DNA of 64,000 nt from Paecilomyces variotii. Taxonomy: Eukaryota. This document shows, in pieces, positions 12,983 to 26,704 of this stretch; positions within the stretch are counted from its first letter, which is position 1, and the number at the start of each line of letters is the position of its first letter. Location: NCBI GenBank assembly GCA_004022145.1, contig RCNU01000001.1; one strand, given 5' to 3'. The notes under the pieces were generated by a model. That model was not told where the DNA came from, did no database searches, and saw only the letters and a program-made list of their open reading frames with translations. The translations under genes were made by a program, and so were the position numbers.

Positions 12983-13445
12983 TGTAGGCCATTTCTCATA
13001 TTGAAGTCCACCCCTGCATTGCATACGGCTTCCTCTGCTATCCAAGCCCTTATCACATAGATGTACGTACGGAGAATGTCGACGCGACGGTTCAAGTCTT
13101 ATTTTCCGTCTATCCTTAAGTAACTTATCATTTACCGCAGTGGAAGGAGAAAAGACACCGGTATCAAGCGTCAGTGCCCGCGTCAATGTCGCCCAAACAC
13201 CGTTTCGACCAAATAGCACCGTAACCTTTAGTTTCCATAAAGGGCAAGTGGTATAGGAAGTAGACCCAAATATTCCACTCCTGTTGGGCAAGCAAGGAAC
13301 CAGTCCAGGTGCAATTCCATGTACCCTAGTTACCGATTGATTCCTACCACGCTATGCATGCATAATTTAGAAAGTAGAAACAGCCACTGACTTCCTCTTG
13401 GTCCTTGAATGATATGCGGAATTTTGTAGCTTCTTAATTGGTTTA

Positions 13446-14747
13446 CTATTCCGCTTGGTTCCTCGGTGGCCAATCCGGAGCAGGGTAACTAAGCAGCTTG
13501 CAGATGTCCTAACACAGTTTTTGTCAATTCAGGAACAGGTTTCGAATTCATTTTTGATCTCACCTTTCTTCTTCTTCGGAAATCTTCATACAACTCTCTC
13601 CATACTTCTCGGTCGCGGCACCCGCTCTCTTCTGGCGTACCTGGCTTATTGTCACATCGGGGAAGCATCTCTGCCAACAGTTTTTGCGGCCACATTATCC
13701 AGGGTTTAGGTAGCGGCCAGTCAGAGAAATGAACGAGCTTGGCTTCTTTGAGGACCTTGTCTGGATCCCAAGTCTCGTATTCATTTCCGAGATAGGCTCT
13801 GTGATCCTTCGTCCGGAACTCTCCCGTGACGAGACCATATTGCCTGTGGGGAAGGACCATGGCAGAATCGCCGTAGCGATCATTCAGCAATTCCATGTCG
13901 TATCGCACTTCTGTCGTCTCGTTATCTGGGGCCGCTTGACCCGCGCCAACTTGGCCAGCGATGATCGGTTGGGCAGCATCCATGAGGGCTTTATATTCCC
14001 GATAGGAAGGCTCAATCAAGATAAGAAGGGAAGTCAGCTTCCTAGTCTGTGCGTATTCCCAATACGCCCGAGGCATTGCCGCTTTCGCTGGAGGCAGGAA
14101 GAAGAGATCGTCCATCTCTTGTAGGATGGTAACATCAGAATCAATATGCAATACGCGGTCGTACTGGGTCTGGCTAAATGCGAGGAGCTTCGTGATGCTA
14201 CTATCCCAAGAATCCACATCGTCTGTATAGAGATTAAGATTTGTCAGCCATTTGATAACTACGACTTGGACGAAGACATGACGGCGCCGGACGAACTTGA
14301 GCCACCCCTGACAAATTGTACATCGATCGGCATAAGTTGTACATTGTACTGGTCCCGCGCAAGAACTAGTAGTTGGCTGTTACGATCTGTTGCACTCTCG
14401 ATCAAAGTATCCCATTCCTCGGGATAGAAGAGAACCCGTTCTGCGCGGCTCCCGAGCCGGTGCAGAGCCTCGAATATCAGGATGGAGTTGCAGAGATATG
14501 CGCTGGAGGTCGCATACTGCACGTATGCGTATCGAGACCAGTCGACAGCTTCATAGCGGTAGAAGGGCGAGTTTGAAAGGCGATGTGAACGGTGATGGTT
14601 GTACCAGAGAAACGCCAAAACGAAGATGGCTAGAATCGCATAGGTTCGGAAGCGTCGAACTGGACGCCCAGCTGGCATGTGCCCCAGCTTGGGAGGCATG
14701 AATGCATCTTTGAGTCCCGGGGACGTCCGATCAGCAGCTCTGGACAT
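13446..14747 (-). CDS. Glycosyltransferase family 8, Gnt1-like N-acetylglucosaminyltransferase
   Basis: N-terminal membrane anchor, YAYVQYAT..YLCNS, KLLAFSQTQYDRVLHIDSD (DxD), VHFSDWPLPKPW; two introns (near 14225-14300 and 13510-13563); last exon DICKLLSYPAPDWPPR. Start may be 14699. Confidence 0.85.
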
Positions 14748-15203
14748 CCTCGACAGGACTGTTGCAAGTGAAAAGAAGTCATCTTGCTGTGACGCGTCAG
14801 GTTCATCGTCGGAACAGACACGTGATCACCGCTTCCCGCCCCTGAAGTTGGTTCCTTTTCATGGCTGTCAAATCTCACTGTCTACATGATCTTACGCATA
14901 CATTGAGGACCCAAGATGATGCGGGTGTTAAACGCATTGAATGCAAGATATTGTAACAGACAATTTCCAACCGTCAAGGGAGACATTGCAAAGGGCCAAA
15001 ACGGCCCGATAATCAAGTACTACCTACCTATCTACCTAAGTCGGTCATTACACCACAAGAGCGACCACAACAGAACCTGTTAGAAGTGAAGTCAGGCATT
15101 CAGGGAAAACAGCGATGAGACTCGCTTTCATGTCCTGTCAGAGAATGGACTATCTAAGTATCTAGCGCATTTGTTACTACATACAAGCGAAACCACCAAT
15201 TCT

Positions 15204-16906
15204 TCAGTTCAGCACACCATTTGCAGATTGAGCCCCAGCACCGTACCATTGCGATAGGTAGGTGATGAGCTTCTCCCATTCACCGGGGATACATGCCATG
15301 CCAACGTACAAGTCTGGTCGGATAACTATCAGGCGACCCTCTGCAGGAATATCGTACCGCGTCTCAAATTCATCAAGTTCATCAACAGTCTCGTGATCGA
15401 TGTCAAAACGCTGTTCCCGTTGCCGCGAGATCAGATAGGTCGAAACCTGCCTGGGATATAGCTTGTTCAGTTTATCACGAACTGATGTCCCGATGTCGAT
15501 GACACTGTCCGGGTTCGCTGTACCAGGGGCCACGAGAACCGTGAACTGCGGTCGACGCAGGGCGTCATATAAGCGTCTTTTGGGTTCCCTCACAAGCAAC
15601 GCATCTGGAGCGCGTTCGCCCGGTTTGGGACCGCTAACTGGAGTCAAGCCTTCAGGAAGGACAGTCACATCACAGTAATTGTGTGACAGACCGGATACGA
15701 GTTTGATGGTGCGTTCCTCCCAGCCTGGTTCCTTGGTGAGATGGAGACGGTCCTCGGGCTCGACACCGAATCCCATGACTATGTGATGTGTTGCGAGTGC
15801 GCCTTCGGTGACCTGGCTACCAATTGGTTTCCGCTCCTTCTCATACGTGTTGAGAATAGAATCATCTGCTTCCCCTTTGAAGACAGCAGCCAGCTTCCAA
15901 CCCAGATTGAATGCGTCCTGCATCGTACAGTTCATTCCTTGTCCACCACTTGGGGAGTGGACATGAGAGGCGTCACCACAGATGATCAATCGCCCAGCAC
16001 GATACCGCTCCGCCATATGGTTGCGGACATCCCAGGCCGTCACCCAATCCGGTTTTCCCACCTTGAATCCAACACCCAGTTTGTCTGCGACTTCCTGGTA
16101 TGCTTTTTGCGGGTCCTTGTCGAAGACGTATTTCCCGGTCGGTTCACTCATATAGATGCGCCAGTACTTCCCGGGCATCTTGGTGCAGTTCATAAAGAGG
16201 TCCTTGTTGAAATAGTAGTTCATCCATCGGTCATCAAAAGTGACGTTGCTGAGTTCCACGTCCATCTGAAAAGATTCGGGTTCATTAGTTCTGTTTCATC
16301 ACCTAGCGCAGCCAAGGAACTGTTTCTCACCATTGACATCACGGCGACGGTCTCGCCCTCGAACTTGATATCTGCTGCCTTCCGGACAAAACTGTGGACA
16401 CCATCACATCCTATCACATAGGGATAGGAGGCCTTCTCGATGCTGCCATCTGGGTGCCGAATAGTAGCCGTTACTGACTTGTGCTCGTCTTGCTCCAGGG
16501 CCACTAGCTCCGTACGATATTCTGGGCCAATGGAGTAATTCGCGAACAGTTGCTCCCGCAGCACCAACTCGACATTTTCCTGACTGATCTTGTAGTAGAA
16601 AGGATATCGCGTCGGTAGTACTCGGTAATCTGTTCGAGGCCATTCGTCTTCGCTGAGTCCTGGAAAGTGATACAGGTTTCCTGGGCATTCCAGACAGACC
16701 TGCTCCAGTCTGTGTGCCATTCCCATATGATCAAGCATCTCCAGGGTCCGCGCATGCAAGGTCATGGCCCTTGTCGTATGCGACGGACCCTGTCGTTTCT
16801 CGATGATCCGCACAGGAACTTGTCGGCGAAGGAGCTCATAGGCGAGCAAGAGGCCCGTAGGCCCTCCTCCAACGATAAGGATCTCGTTCTTGATTGTGTC
16901 TTCCAT
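15204..16906 (-). CDS. FAD-dependent aromatic monooxygenase (PheA/TfdB family), PcpB-like
   Basis: GGGPTG, IGCDG, GDASHVHSPSGGQGMN..QDAFNLGWKL and C-terminal IRPD; one intron 16266-16330. In-frame upstream ATGs exist up to 17092. Confidence 0.9.
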
Positions 16907-18582
16907 TGTTTTTTTGCCCTGGAACATCCTGAAACTTCGATCAATCACTCCAGATATAAATCGACCTGCGAAAGAACCTCGTGGGGTCTCCATTGTCTCT
17001 CTCCACACCAGGCGACCTGCCTGTGGGGCTGTATAGGGGCGGGAAGATGAAAGAGCAGAAGGTGGGAAGTGGAAGTTCGTCGTGTAGGACATCCATTGAA
17101 TCTAAATATCCAAATCCAGCTGTAGGGTTGAGAGGCAGATTATTATCTGATCCGATAATCGGATATAGATCTTAGCATAGGACTTAATTTCCTGCCCCAC
17201 AGGCGGGGCCCCAGAATCATCCCATGTCCCCATATACTGACGAGGACGTTGTAGGATACATGAACCGATGCGCTTCGGGTAGTGTTTCCTGATCCTAGTA
17301 GAGGCTTTAGCCGAAAGACGCGATGGTTAGAATAACCGCAGAGAAAAAAGAAAAAAGGAAGAAAAGAAAATATGTGGGTGTTTCGATTCCTTTTTCGGCA
17401 CGTCAAGATCTTGAAGCAGACCCCCCCCCCCCCTCCTCTATCCTACCACCTTGGTCACCTGGAATTAAAAATGAATATAAGCTAGAAATCCTACATTATC
17501 GTAATTCTGATCCGAATTCAAGAATCTTCTTGTCGTAACAGTGTATCCCCTATCTTTTCACAAAGCCTTACTCCCTCAACATGCTACAGCACCATATTCC
17601 CCATTTGGGTAAACGTCTTCGGGACTAAAGGTGGGACACCAAAAACTCCCCCTATGAACCCCCTCATCGGAAAAGGAGGGACCATCCATCCCACATGGCA
17701 TGAAAGCCGAGGTTAGCCAACGGTCCAACTGATGGCACCACCATAGAAGGTAGTACTAACCATGAAAATCATTCTCCCCTCCTTGACACTTAGTACAAGT
17801 ACTCACCGTAGCTATGGAAATGGATAAGTATGATATGCTTTTTTTTGGCGGTAATAACTCGGTCTCCCACCCAAACGCGGGATCTCACTTGAAGCACACA
17901 TTTGTAAGTACCATATGGTACTTAGTTAGTGGGGTCCACCCTTTTTGTGTTTGAATTTCGGGATATTATTTGATCCAGCAAGGAAATTGATCTTCATTTT
18001 GAGTTATTTTATAACGGTTCATGGGATATTGAAGAGCTTGAAATAGGTTAGTTTGGAAAATTTTATCAATCTCCGAATTTCGCTGGTAGATAGATAAAAA
18101 AAAAAAAAGAAAAAAAAATCTACTTCTATGATTTGATTTTCATGGATGAGAGAACTTGACTGACTGGACTAACTAACTCGTCTGGTTAGCTTAGTTTGAT
18201 AATCGCAGAGTTGTGCTGACGCGTCAAAAGCTGCTTGTGTTTCAGGACTGCAGGCACTGATGTGATAGTCTCATAATATTTATTGGTCCGGAGATGTTGT
18301 CCCAAACAACATTACTAATTATATAGATGTTGTGTACGTCCTGTTAAGTATGGTCTATTCTATACTAGGAAGGGCTGTTTTGTGTTGATGGGTGTCGACA
18401 TTGTGCCATACGAGCTATGTATGCCGGTCAATTGCTCTTTACGTTGTATGCAAGTAAGCGCATATGGATTATGGTAGCCTGTACACGATTGAAATTTTCA
18501 AGTATCCTGTCCCATACATACATAAAATAAGTTAAAAAATAGAACTGAGAAAGACGCGGGATATCATATTCGCATGAAGAGA

Positions 18583-20397
18583 TCAGCAATCAAACATGTC
18601 TCTGTGACCACTGCCCCCGCTCTCGCGAGGACCCGAAGACATTGAACTGCTCCCTTCCTCCTCATCATCAACCTCCACAACTATATCTGTCTTGACTGTA
18701 ACTTGTCCACTGCGCACAAGTCCTGTTTGATCTGGTGAAGACACCATTATTCTGCTTTCGGATCGGTCCGAGCAGTGGTCCCAGTCCAGCTCGGTCTTGT
18801 CCCCGTACACCGGGGTGGCAGAAATAGATGTCTCCCTGCGGGGCCCACGGCGGTGGGTTTTGCGCCCCATCTCGATTGTCTGGGTATCCTTGCTCGAATG
18901 TGAACGAGACCAAGGATAGCCAGGATAACGCCCATCCCGACGGTTGTCAACAAAAGTGCGAAGGAATAGCCGGATTACTGGGGCGCAAGTGGCGATTAGA
19001 ATACTATAATTCTCGATTCTATTGCCAATGATGATGAAGATCAGTATTCTGTACGCATGCCTGTAGCTTTTAAGTTGTGGAAGATCGAAGGTGCTTACTT
19101 GACCCAGAGAATAAAATGCACAATATTGTCTGAATGGTAACGTTAGCATGTGGTCACAATAGAAGCTATCGTTATAGGACTCACAGGTGAAATCTAGTCT
19201 ATCTCCGAGAGATTTAAGAAGCTGTAGAGATGATGTTAGTTATCCGACACCAAAATTGAAGTGGTTAGGCTCTTTAAAATTAACGTACGTAGGTCTTAAC
19301 GATGGAGGCTGCTCCCGAAAGGAAAAGAGGCACGCTCAAGCTTATTGTCTGCCAGATACGACGTGACCGTACGCTACTATTAAGTCTCTTGAACTGAGTC
19401 CAAACAGAAACGTTCGGATTACGGTGTAGTGTCTGGATAAAGAACTGCCAGAGCTCGAAGGCAGATATGACGCCTAGGAAGAAGTCGATAGACGTGTTGA
19501 ACCCTGTCATTATTCTTTAGTCAGAAATTCGAGAGAATACAGGACGATGGCTCCTTACCTCCTTGCACAAATCCCACAGTCGTCTGCACGTTTGGGCTCT
19601 GGCACTTGACTGACCCATCCGCAGGGAGAGGATCCCACATGTAGTGGAAGTACTTTGTCCTATCCGCTGGACGGTAGGGATTTGGTCCACATTGCACGAC
19701 GATTTGTACAATTGTCAGGGCATTTGCTATCACTTGTATGATCATCGAGATGATAATGCTCAACCGTATACGTCTATCGCTGGCAGAGAAACACTGGTAG
19801 AGGAACCACATCATCCCGGTTCGCGACACCATGGCTGCAGCGACAGCTATTGATAATTAGAAGAGGGACAAGATGATAGAGATCTAGCAATGAACACGTA
19901 CCTGTCGGCTGTGACGCGAAGTCGAACCTCAATGACTGCACTTTCTCTGTAGGACTAAGATAGTAGAAGTGTCGTCCAAGGCCCCATTGATAGCTATAAA
20001 TTATTAAGTAACTGTTTCGAAGGAAACCACATAGGAAATTCACGTACCTTAACTGGATCAAAGTCATATGCAGGAGATCTAGAGAATACCCGAATAGGAA
20101 TATCAGATCCTCGAATCCCCACACCCTTTCGGGAGCTGACACTTGAGGAAGGGCCCAACGGATCCATGCTTTCATAGAGAACCTGAAGATCAGGACAACT
20201 CCGACAATGCCGGTGAGGACCTTTATTTTCTGTGTCAGAAGTGGTATGCACAATTGATCAACTATCTTTATCATACCCAGCAGACTCTGACGATATCCGT
20301 GCCTGACCGCAGGTTAGCACAATCACTCTCATGACGGAGCTCGGGAGGCAATCGAACCAATGTTCACATCACCCTCACTGGGGCGCGGGATATCCAT
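18583..20397 (-). CDS. PTH11-like (fungal rhodopsin-domain) integral membrane protein without CFEM
   Basis: Multi-exon model starting MDIPRPSEGDVNIG; YQWGLGRH, QCGP, FNTSIDFFL, ASIVKT, IENYSILIATCAPVIR; long polar C-terminal tail. Confidence 0.8.
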
Positions 20398-23300
20398 CTC
20401 TGCGTATACAGAGATCGGTCCCAGTACGAGATGGCAGCAAGGCTGATTCTGTTTTGGTAAGGAATGACAGATGTTCACAATTAAAGACTAACAGGGCCAG
20501 ACTGCTGTTTATGTGGTCGAGCTCTGCGCAACCATCAAGCTGGATCGTTGTGTAGCCAAGGCGACCCGACTTTGTGGCTTCCTACAGGCCTCTATCATTA
20601 TCCACTCCCAAATCAAAAAGAATATTGCTGGTCAATATGGTCCAGACAAGATATCCTGGAGAGAGACATGCAAGATCTATCACAGTTTCCCCTCCAGTTA
20701 AGCATCCCTCGATTGAGAGAACCAACCAGAGTTCCTGTCATTCCTGCAGATGGAGGAATGAGGTACGGCCAGCCTCCCCCAAGGGATAGTGGCGGATCTG
20801 CAAGTAGCTGGGAATCCACGCGAGGGCGAGACATTCAGACACATGAAACTGCGAATAATAACCAAAGAGTTTATTGTGCAGGAATTATGAGCGACCATCT
20901 TGTGGGTGGACCGGACTGCATCTTTCTAACACCAGAATTAGTCCAGCAAGCTCACTTGTGGCAGAAACCTTATCTGCACATGGTAGACATTGGCCTGCAA
21001 GGGACTGGTTTCTAAGTACAGTATGAAAAGGAAGGACATCGAGGGGCATGCGTTAGGTTTAGGGTAACAACCACGCAGATTCAAGCGAACGTTCGTCAAT
21101 ATGTAAGACAAGCTGTCCATCAAAGCCACCAAACAAGGCCTGTTGGCCAGGAAAGATTGCTTTCCGGAGGCCATCGATCTGACCGCGATGCAGCTCAGCT
21201 AGCTGATGACGCCGTTGAACCCTCAACAGCTGGGTAGCCGATCAAGATAATCGTGTGTGGCATGCTTCAAGGTTTCTGTACGGTGAGAGCGTGCTAGCGA
21301 GATCTATCCAGTTTTCAGCACATCGCTCATTTTGGTAACTGAGGGGCGAGGGCAGAAACGGGGAAGTAGCAGTTGATCTCCGTTTCTCCCATTTTGGCTT
21401 CAGGCGACAGCGTCGCCGTCACTTGAAGCACAGTATTGTCAACTTGTGTTTGGTTCGGGTGGTTTGGCTAAGTATCCGAGAGCGGGTTGAGGTTTCAAAC
21501 CTTTACGGCCGCTAAAAGAACACAGACATTTAGTTCAACAGCTTATTCTCCCGATGCAAGGGACCATCGCGTGAAATCAACCAGTCATGGACAGTTGTGT
21601 CTGCGGCTCCTTGCATCGACAAACATATCCGAAAAAAAAAATGTGATCCATGTGTATTTCCCATTGGATGACAATGTCAGATATTACAGAGAATTGCCAG
21701 TGAACCATTTATTGTCGAGTTCAAACCCTACCGAAGGATGTCGTCTTTATCTATAGATGATGTCGGAACTGTGTGTCCACTAAGTAGCTGGTGGTTACCT
21801 ATTGTTGAGTACCACGTAGAGCTCCAAGGCAGTCTATACATGGCACCCATGAACACGCATCATCGCTGATACCTGCTGTCATTGCTTTCCTTTGGCATGC
21901 TGGGAGACAAGTGGGAGCCTTCTGAAACCAAAGTATGTCTGAAGATATCTCCAGGATATCTCATCTGCTAGAATTTCAAAATCCAAAGACTATTGCCTCG
22001 CATCCACCCCAGACCAGACCCATCTGTTTGATTCAGTAGCTGTACTGCAAATTTCTGGGACTTAAAACCTAAGATATCACAAACGCATATATATGATGGC
22101 CACTCTCCCTGTGTTCCTCCATCGGGGATAATAAACGTTTAATGAATCCTTGACCGTCGTGGATTTGCTGTTTGTAGGGCAATAAAGACCGAAATGGAGG
22201 GCAATGGACGACAATCTCAGCGCAGCCATTTATTGCCCACATATTACGTCCATATGGAACGCTAATAACTATAACAATAAAAAAAGAACAATTCACGGAG
22301 ACGATAGCCACCACAATGACTGCTTCAGGGGGAGGCGTCGTATAAACTTGCTCTATCTTGTACTTGCTGGTCCAGACAAGGAATTCAAGATTTGTTTCAG
22401 AGATGATAATTTTATCACAACTTTACCAAGAGAATGGAGAGACGCCCATGTGGCAATCCACGTTTGTGGTGTTCCATCTCGATCGTTGTTCGATTCCTGG
22501 CGCAATGCAAGGGGCGATCATCCCTTTCTTGACGTGTCGGGAGTCTCTCCCACCTGTTCGTGTCGGAGAAAACACTCGTCTAATTTCTATCCCCATCTCG
22601 CTTCTCCAAAAGGCAGAACTGTGGGTCTTTGATAGCCTAGGGTAAGCTCGAAGTCCACATCATGCCTTTGGGCGTTCTGGTTTTTATGTTTAGAGGGCGA
22701 GAAGAGGTTGGGAGGGCGCGCACAGTTCAACCTCCGGATCGCACTCCAGAGTTCCGCTGTCCGTTAACCTCGCCGAAGGTTTTGGACCTTGCATTCTTGT
22801 CCGGCATAACGCCTCTGGGGACGCATTAGCAGACATCTTCTCCGGTGATCAGATAGGCTTCCAATGTAAGAGTTCGTCCTCCAGGTTTATCTACGATCCA
22901 CAAGGGATGATCCAGACCTAAAAGACTTTGACAGAACTTGAGAGCGTGGCCCCGGATTACTTCCGGTCGATCCAGCTTTCCCCATGCCACATTGTGGAAG
23001 GTTTGGGGCTCACTACTATCTCTCTTCCGCTTCTGGTCTGACATACTTGATCGAGGCCGCGAGGGTCATGGTGTCTACGCCGTCGAATGGAATCAGCCAG
23101 CCCTAAGTGTTTCGCGTCTGCAATGAGATGGATCATGAACGCTTAACCCATATTGACCGGACTGATACTGTCTGATTTTTGGGTCTTTTTCTCGTGGAAT
23201 GATCTGGATGCCACAATTGGGGGCAATTCGTCGTCTTCCATTTCGCGCTTATCCCGTTGTTCTGGCTCTAGGAACCCCCCCTACTGTCGGACACGCTACG

Positions 23301-23835
23301 ACTTACCTTATCGAAGGGCCCACATGTTCTTCATATGCGAGGATCTCTATCCGCTGAACTTTGAAGTCAATGTGAGTGTCGACAGGTCCTCATGGGAGCA
23401 GGGATCCGACCACAGACCCTGTGGCACGCGTCTGCCATGGACGGCGACCAGCAGGCTGGCCATGCCCTTACCATCCGATTGGATTTCTCCATAAGATCGG
23501 GAGATAGATGACTTCAAGCCATGTGGTTCTGGCAGTTCCAGACATGTGGTGACCACGCAGCTGGGGACATTCAAAAAGACTGGGACTCCAGCAGGTAGAA
23601 TTCTATCGATCTTCTTTTACTCCATCCCCTGCAGACCATCAGGCTGTCATTCTTTCTTCTGGCCCACGTCTTTCTTTGTCTTCTGTCGTGTACAATTGTA
23701 CCATTATCCTACCCCCCTCTGCGAGGGGCCTGAGGCTGTGCTATACTATCAATTGATATCTTCCCCCCCTTCTTTCTGGGAGTCGTCCCAACCTTGCCGT
23801 TACATAGGTACTAGTCGTCATACAACTGTAATACA

Positions 23836-25775
23836 ATGGACACGCAAAGTCATGAAGCTCCCCGATGGGAGAAAACCTTCGAAGTTGGTCAAACATCGTC
23901 CGATACGAGTAGCGATCGAAATATGTCCAAGGGACCAGATCGCAGTGATGAGGCGGATCCTCGAAACTGGAGTCCATGGAAGAAAGGCTTATTGTTTACG
24001 GCCCTCATGACCAGTTCGTTCTTAGCGGACGGGTAAGTGCAATTTGTTCCCCATGCTATCTGCACAGCATTGCTCATTGATCTCAGTGCGATGACTTGGG
24101 GCGCGACTATGGTTGTTCCACAGGCTCTAGAGTGGAAAATCAGCACTACGCATTCAGCAACGAGTATGAACTATGGCATCTTACTGCAGGGCTTTGGTGG
24201 CATATTCGCAGTCCCTTTTATCGAGGCATATGGTCGATTCCCCGTTTGGCTTTGGCCGCAAGTCATCACTATGTTCATGGTTCTGGGAGCCACATTGTCA
24301 AACGACTGGAGTACCTTCACTGCGTTCCGCTCTCTGCAGGGTCTATTCGGGACGGTTCCCCAAGTTGTTGGACTTCCTATCATCCATGATATGTACGCAC
24401 CAGAGGGTCAGTCTCGATTATCTCCTACCTATATTCTATAATTTTACTAATTTTCCCTTATAGACTGGCCAAGCATGATCAACATCTGGTATGCTATTGC
24501 TATCTCTACTTCAGCGGTCCCATTGTTTGTCTTGCATCAATACTAATATCCCTAGGGGTACTACCTTCCTCGCTGGACCATTCCTTGGTCCTGCCATCGC
24601 AGGCTACATCTCCAACGCTGCCGGGTGGAAAGTATCGTTTGCTGTCCTAACAGGGCTGTATGGATTTTCAACGCTACTGGTTCTCTGCTTTGGCTACGAA
24701 ACCTACTATGTACGAGGTAGCCATGTGTCAACATCGTGGTTCAAGTCGCTTTTCAGCATTGGAAAGACAAACCAAGCCAAGGCTTCCACGTTCGCGTACG
24801 AGTGCAAGACTCTTGTGCTTCTGATTTTCAAGTTTCCCTTGCTCCTCACAGGTATGTGCTAATCTCACAATCTGCATCAACTACTCCTTGTTAATACTGA
24901 CATATTCTCTTTCTAGGAATCGCAACCATGGTGAATTTCACTTGGCCTATCGGTATGTTCTCTCATGATATTCCCATCTATCTGGGTAGTGCCTCTGTAC
25001 TGACTGGCTTTCCTAAGGAATCACCACTACAATCGATGGATTCCTCCATGCGGCGCCATACTTTTTCAACACGGTGCAGGCATCGTCGTTGCGTTTCGCT
25101 GGTGTCATCGGTGCTATCTGTGGTATGTCTTACCTGGCAAACCAACCAATAATCACTCTGGCCCACAGCTCTGATGATATTCTCTCTCCCGAATAGGTTA
25201 CATATTCGGCTACTACTTCAACGAATGGATCTTCAAGAAACGGCGCTTCCACTGGCGTCCCGAGTATCGTCTTCATGGTGTCTGGGTGCCTATCTGCGCT
25301 ATGGCCGGCGGTCTGCTCACGTATGGCCTAACTCTCCAATTCGGTAAACACTGGATCGGTCTTGCTTTCGGCTGGGTCCTAGTAAATACCGGAATGATCG
25401 GTTCCACTGTGTAGGTTTACCCCTGTCCCTGAAGATCTTGAGATGGGAACAGGAATGCTAACAAGACATCATAAAAGCGCAATCACCGCATACGCCCTTG
25501 AGAAATATCCTTCCCATGCTACTGGTGTATCGGCCATCATCAACATGTGGCGCACCTGTGGGGGGTTCAGCGTTGGGTACTTCCAGCCCTCGTGGGTTGC
25601 GCGAGATGGCGTCGGTGTCGTCTTCGGTGTGCAAGCTGCCATTGTCGCTGTTTGCATCGTCCTGACCATTGTTCCTGTCATTGTCACTCAGCGAGGCAAA
25701 CAGGACTCGATTGATGGTCTAGATCTAGACGATCATATGAGACATCAAGAGGCAGAACATTCTGAGGATGCCTGA
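23836..25775 (+). CDS. MFS transporter (DHA1-like)
   Basis: DPRNWSPWKK, EAYGRFPV, AFRSLQG, GPFLGPAIAG, WRPEYRL; about seven short introns. Confidence 0.88.
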
Positions 25776-26704
25776 GGCAGATCAGAAACGAATGATGCGT
25801 ATATATATGATCAACGTGCCAAGGTGTTGTATATCTGAATTTATGTGAAAGTCTTATTTGTGAATAAGGATAAACCGCTTGCTTTGATGGTGGATTATGT
25901 GATTTTGTACTGTTCTATATTGATTGTGATTAAAGGCATGTGAATATATTTTTTGATGTTAATAAGGTGTTTCCTCACTGCGTATTGTAAATAGTAAATA
26001 TAGCCCAAAGGACTGTTCTTATGCTCAATTACAGTCAGACGATTGCTAGATGTCCTTCGACAGGAAATGGACTACACAGAGCTAAATTCACGACTGCTGA
26101 TCCTGTGCAATGGACATAATAATTCTTATATCCAATGCACATGGAGAGCGATATATTATGATTTAGCCTAGTTAATTCATTCGATACTCACTACCGATGT
26201 AGGCGTCAAAAGTTTTTTATAATGCCTGTCACTTGGCGCTGATCAACTGCAAAGGCAGGTCTATACGCGCCCAGTTGCGCTCCGAGGGCAAAACGATAGC
26301 CGATCTTAGTGCTTTTAGGAGCATCTGTGGTCTACACAATGGGACCACAACCGGAAGTGAATCTGCAGCCCCAGGACTGCTGCCAGGTAAGATGGCCCAG
26401 CCAGAGGGAAGCAGGTTTCCTGTTGGGATACAGTCGCGCATGTGATCGCGGTCCTGTATTTTGTAAATTGACTGTGTATTGTTAGTGTTCTGTTGTTTAA
26501 GACTCATGAATGGAGGTTTGTATACAACTTACCTCGAGGAGACAAATTCATGCACGAGCGGGCGCATAGAATTGCGACCTTCCTTCCTAACGGCTATTGT
26601 CAAGGAAGAGCATTATATCGTATTTGCCGTCTTGTGCAAAGTTTATATGTGGATATCTTTCTGATAGGTCCATCGAGAACTTTCACTCCAGGGAAACTTC
26701 AAAG

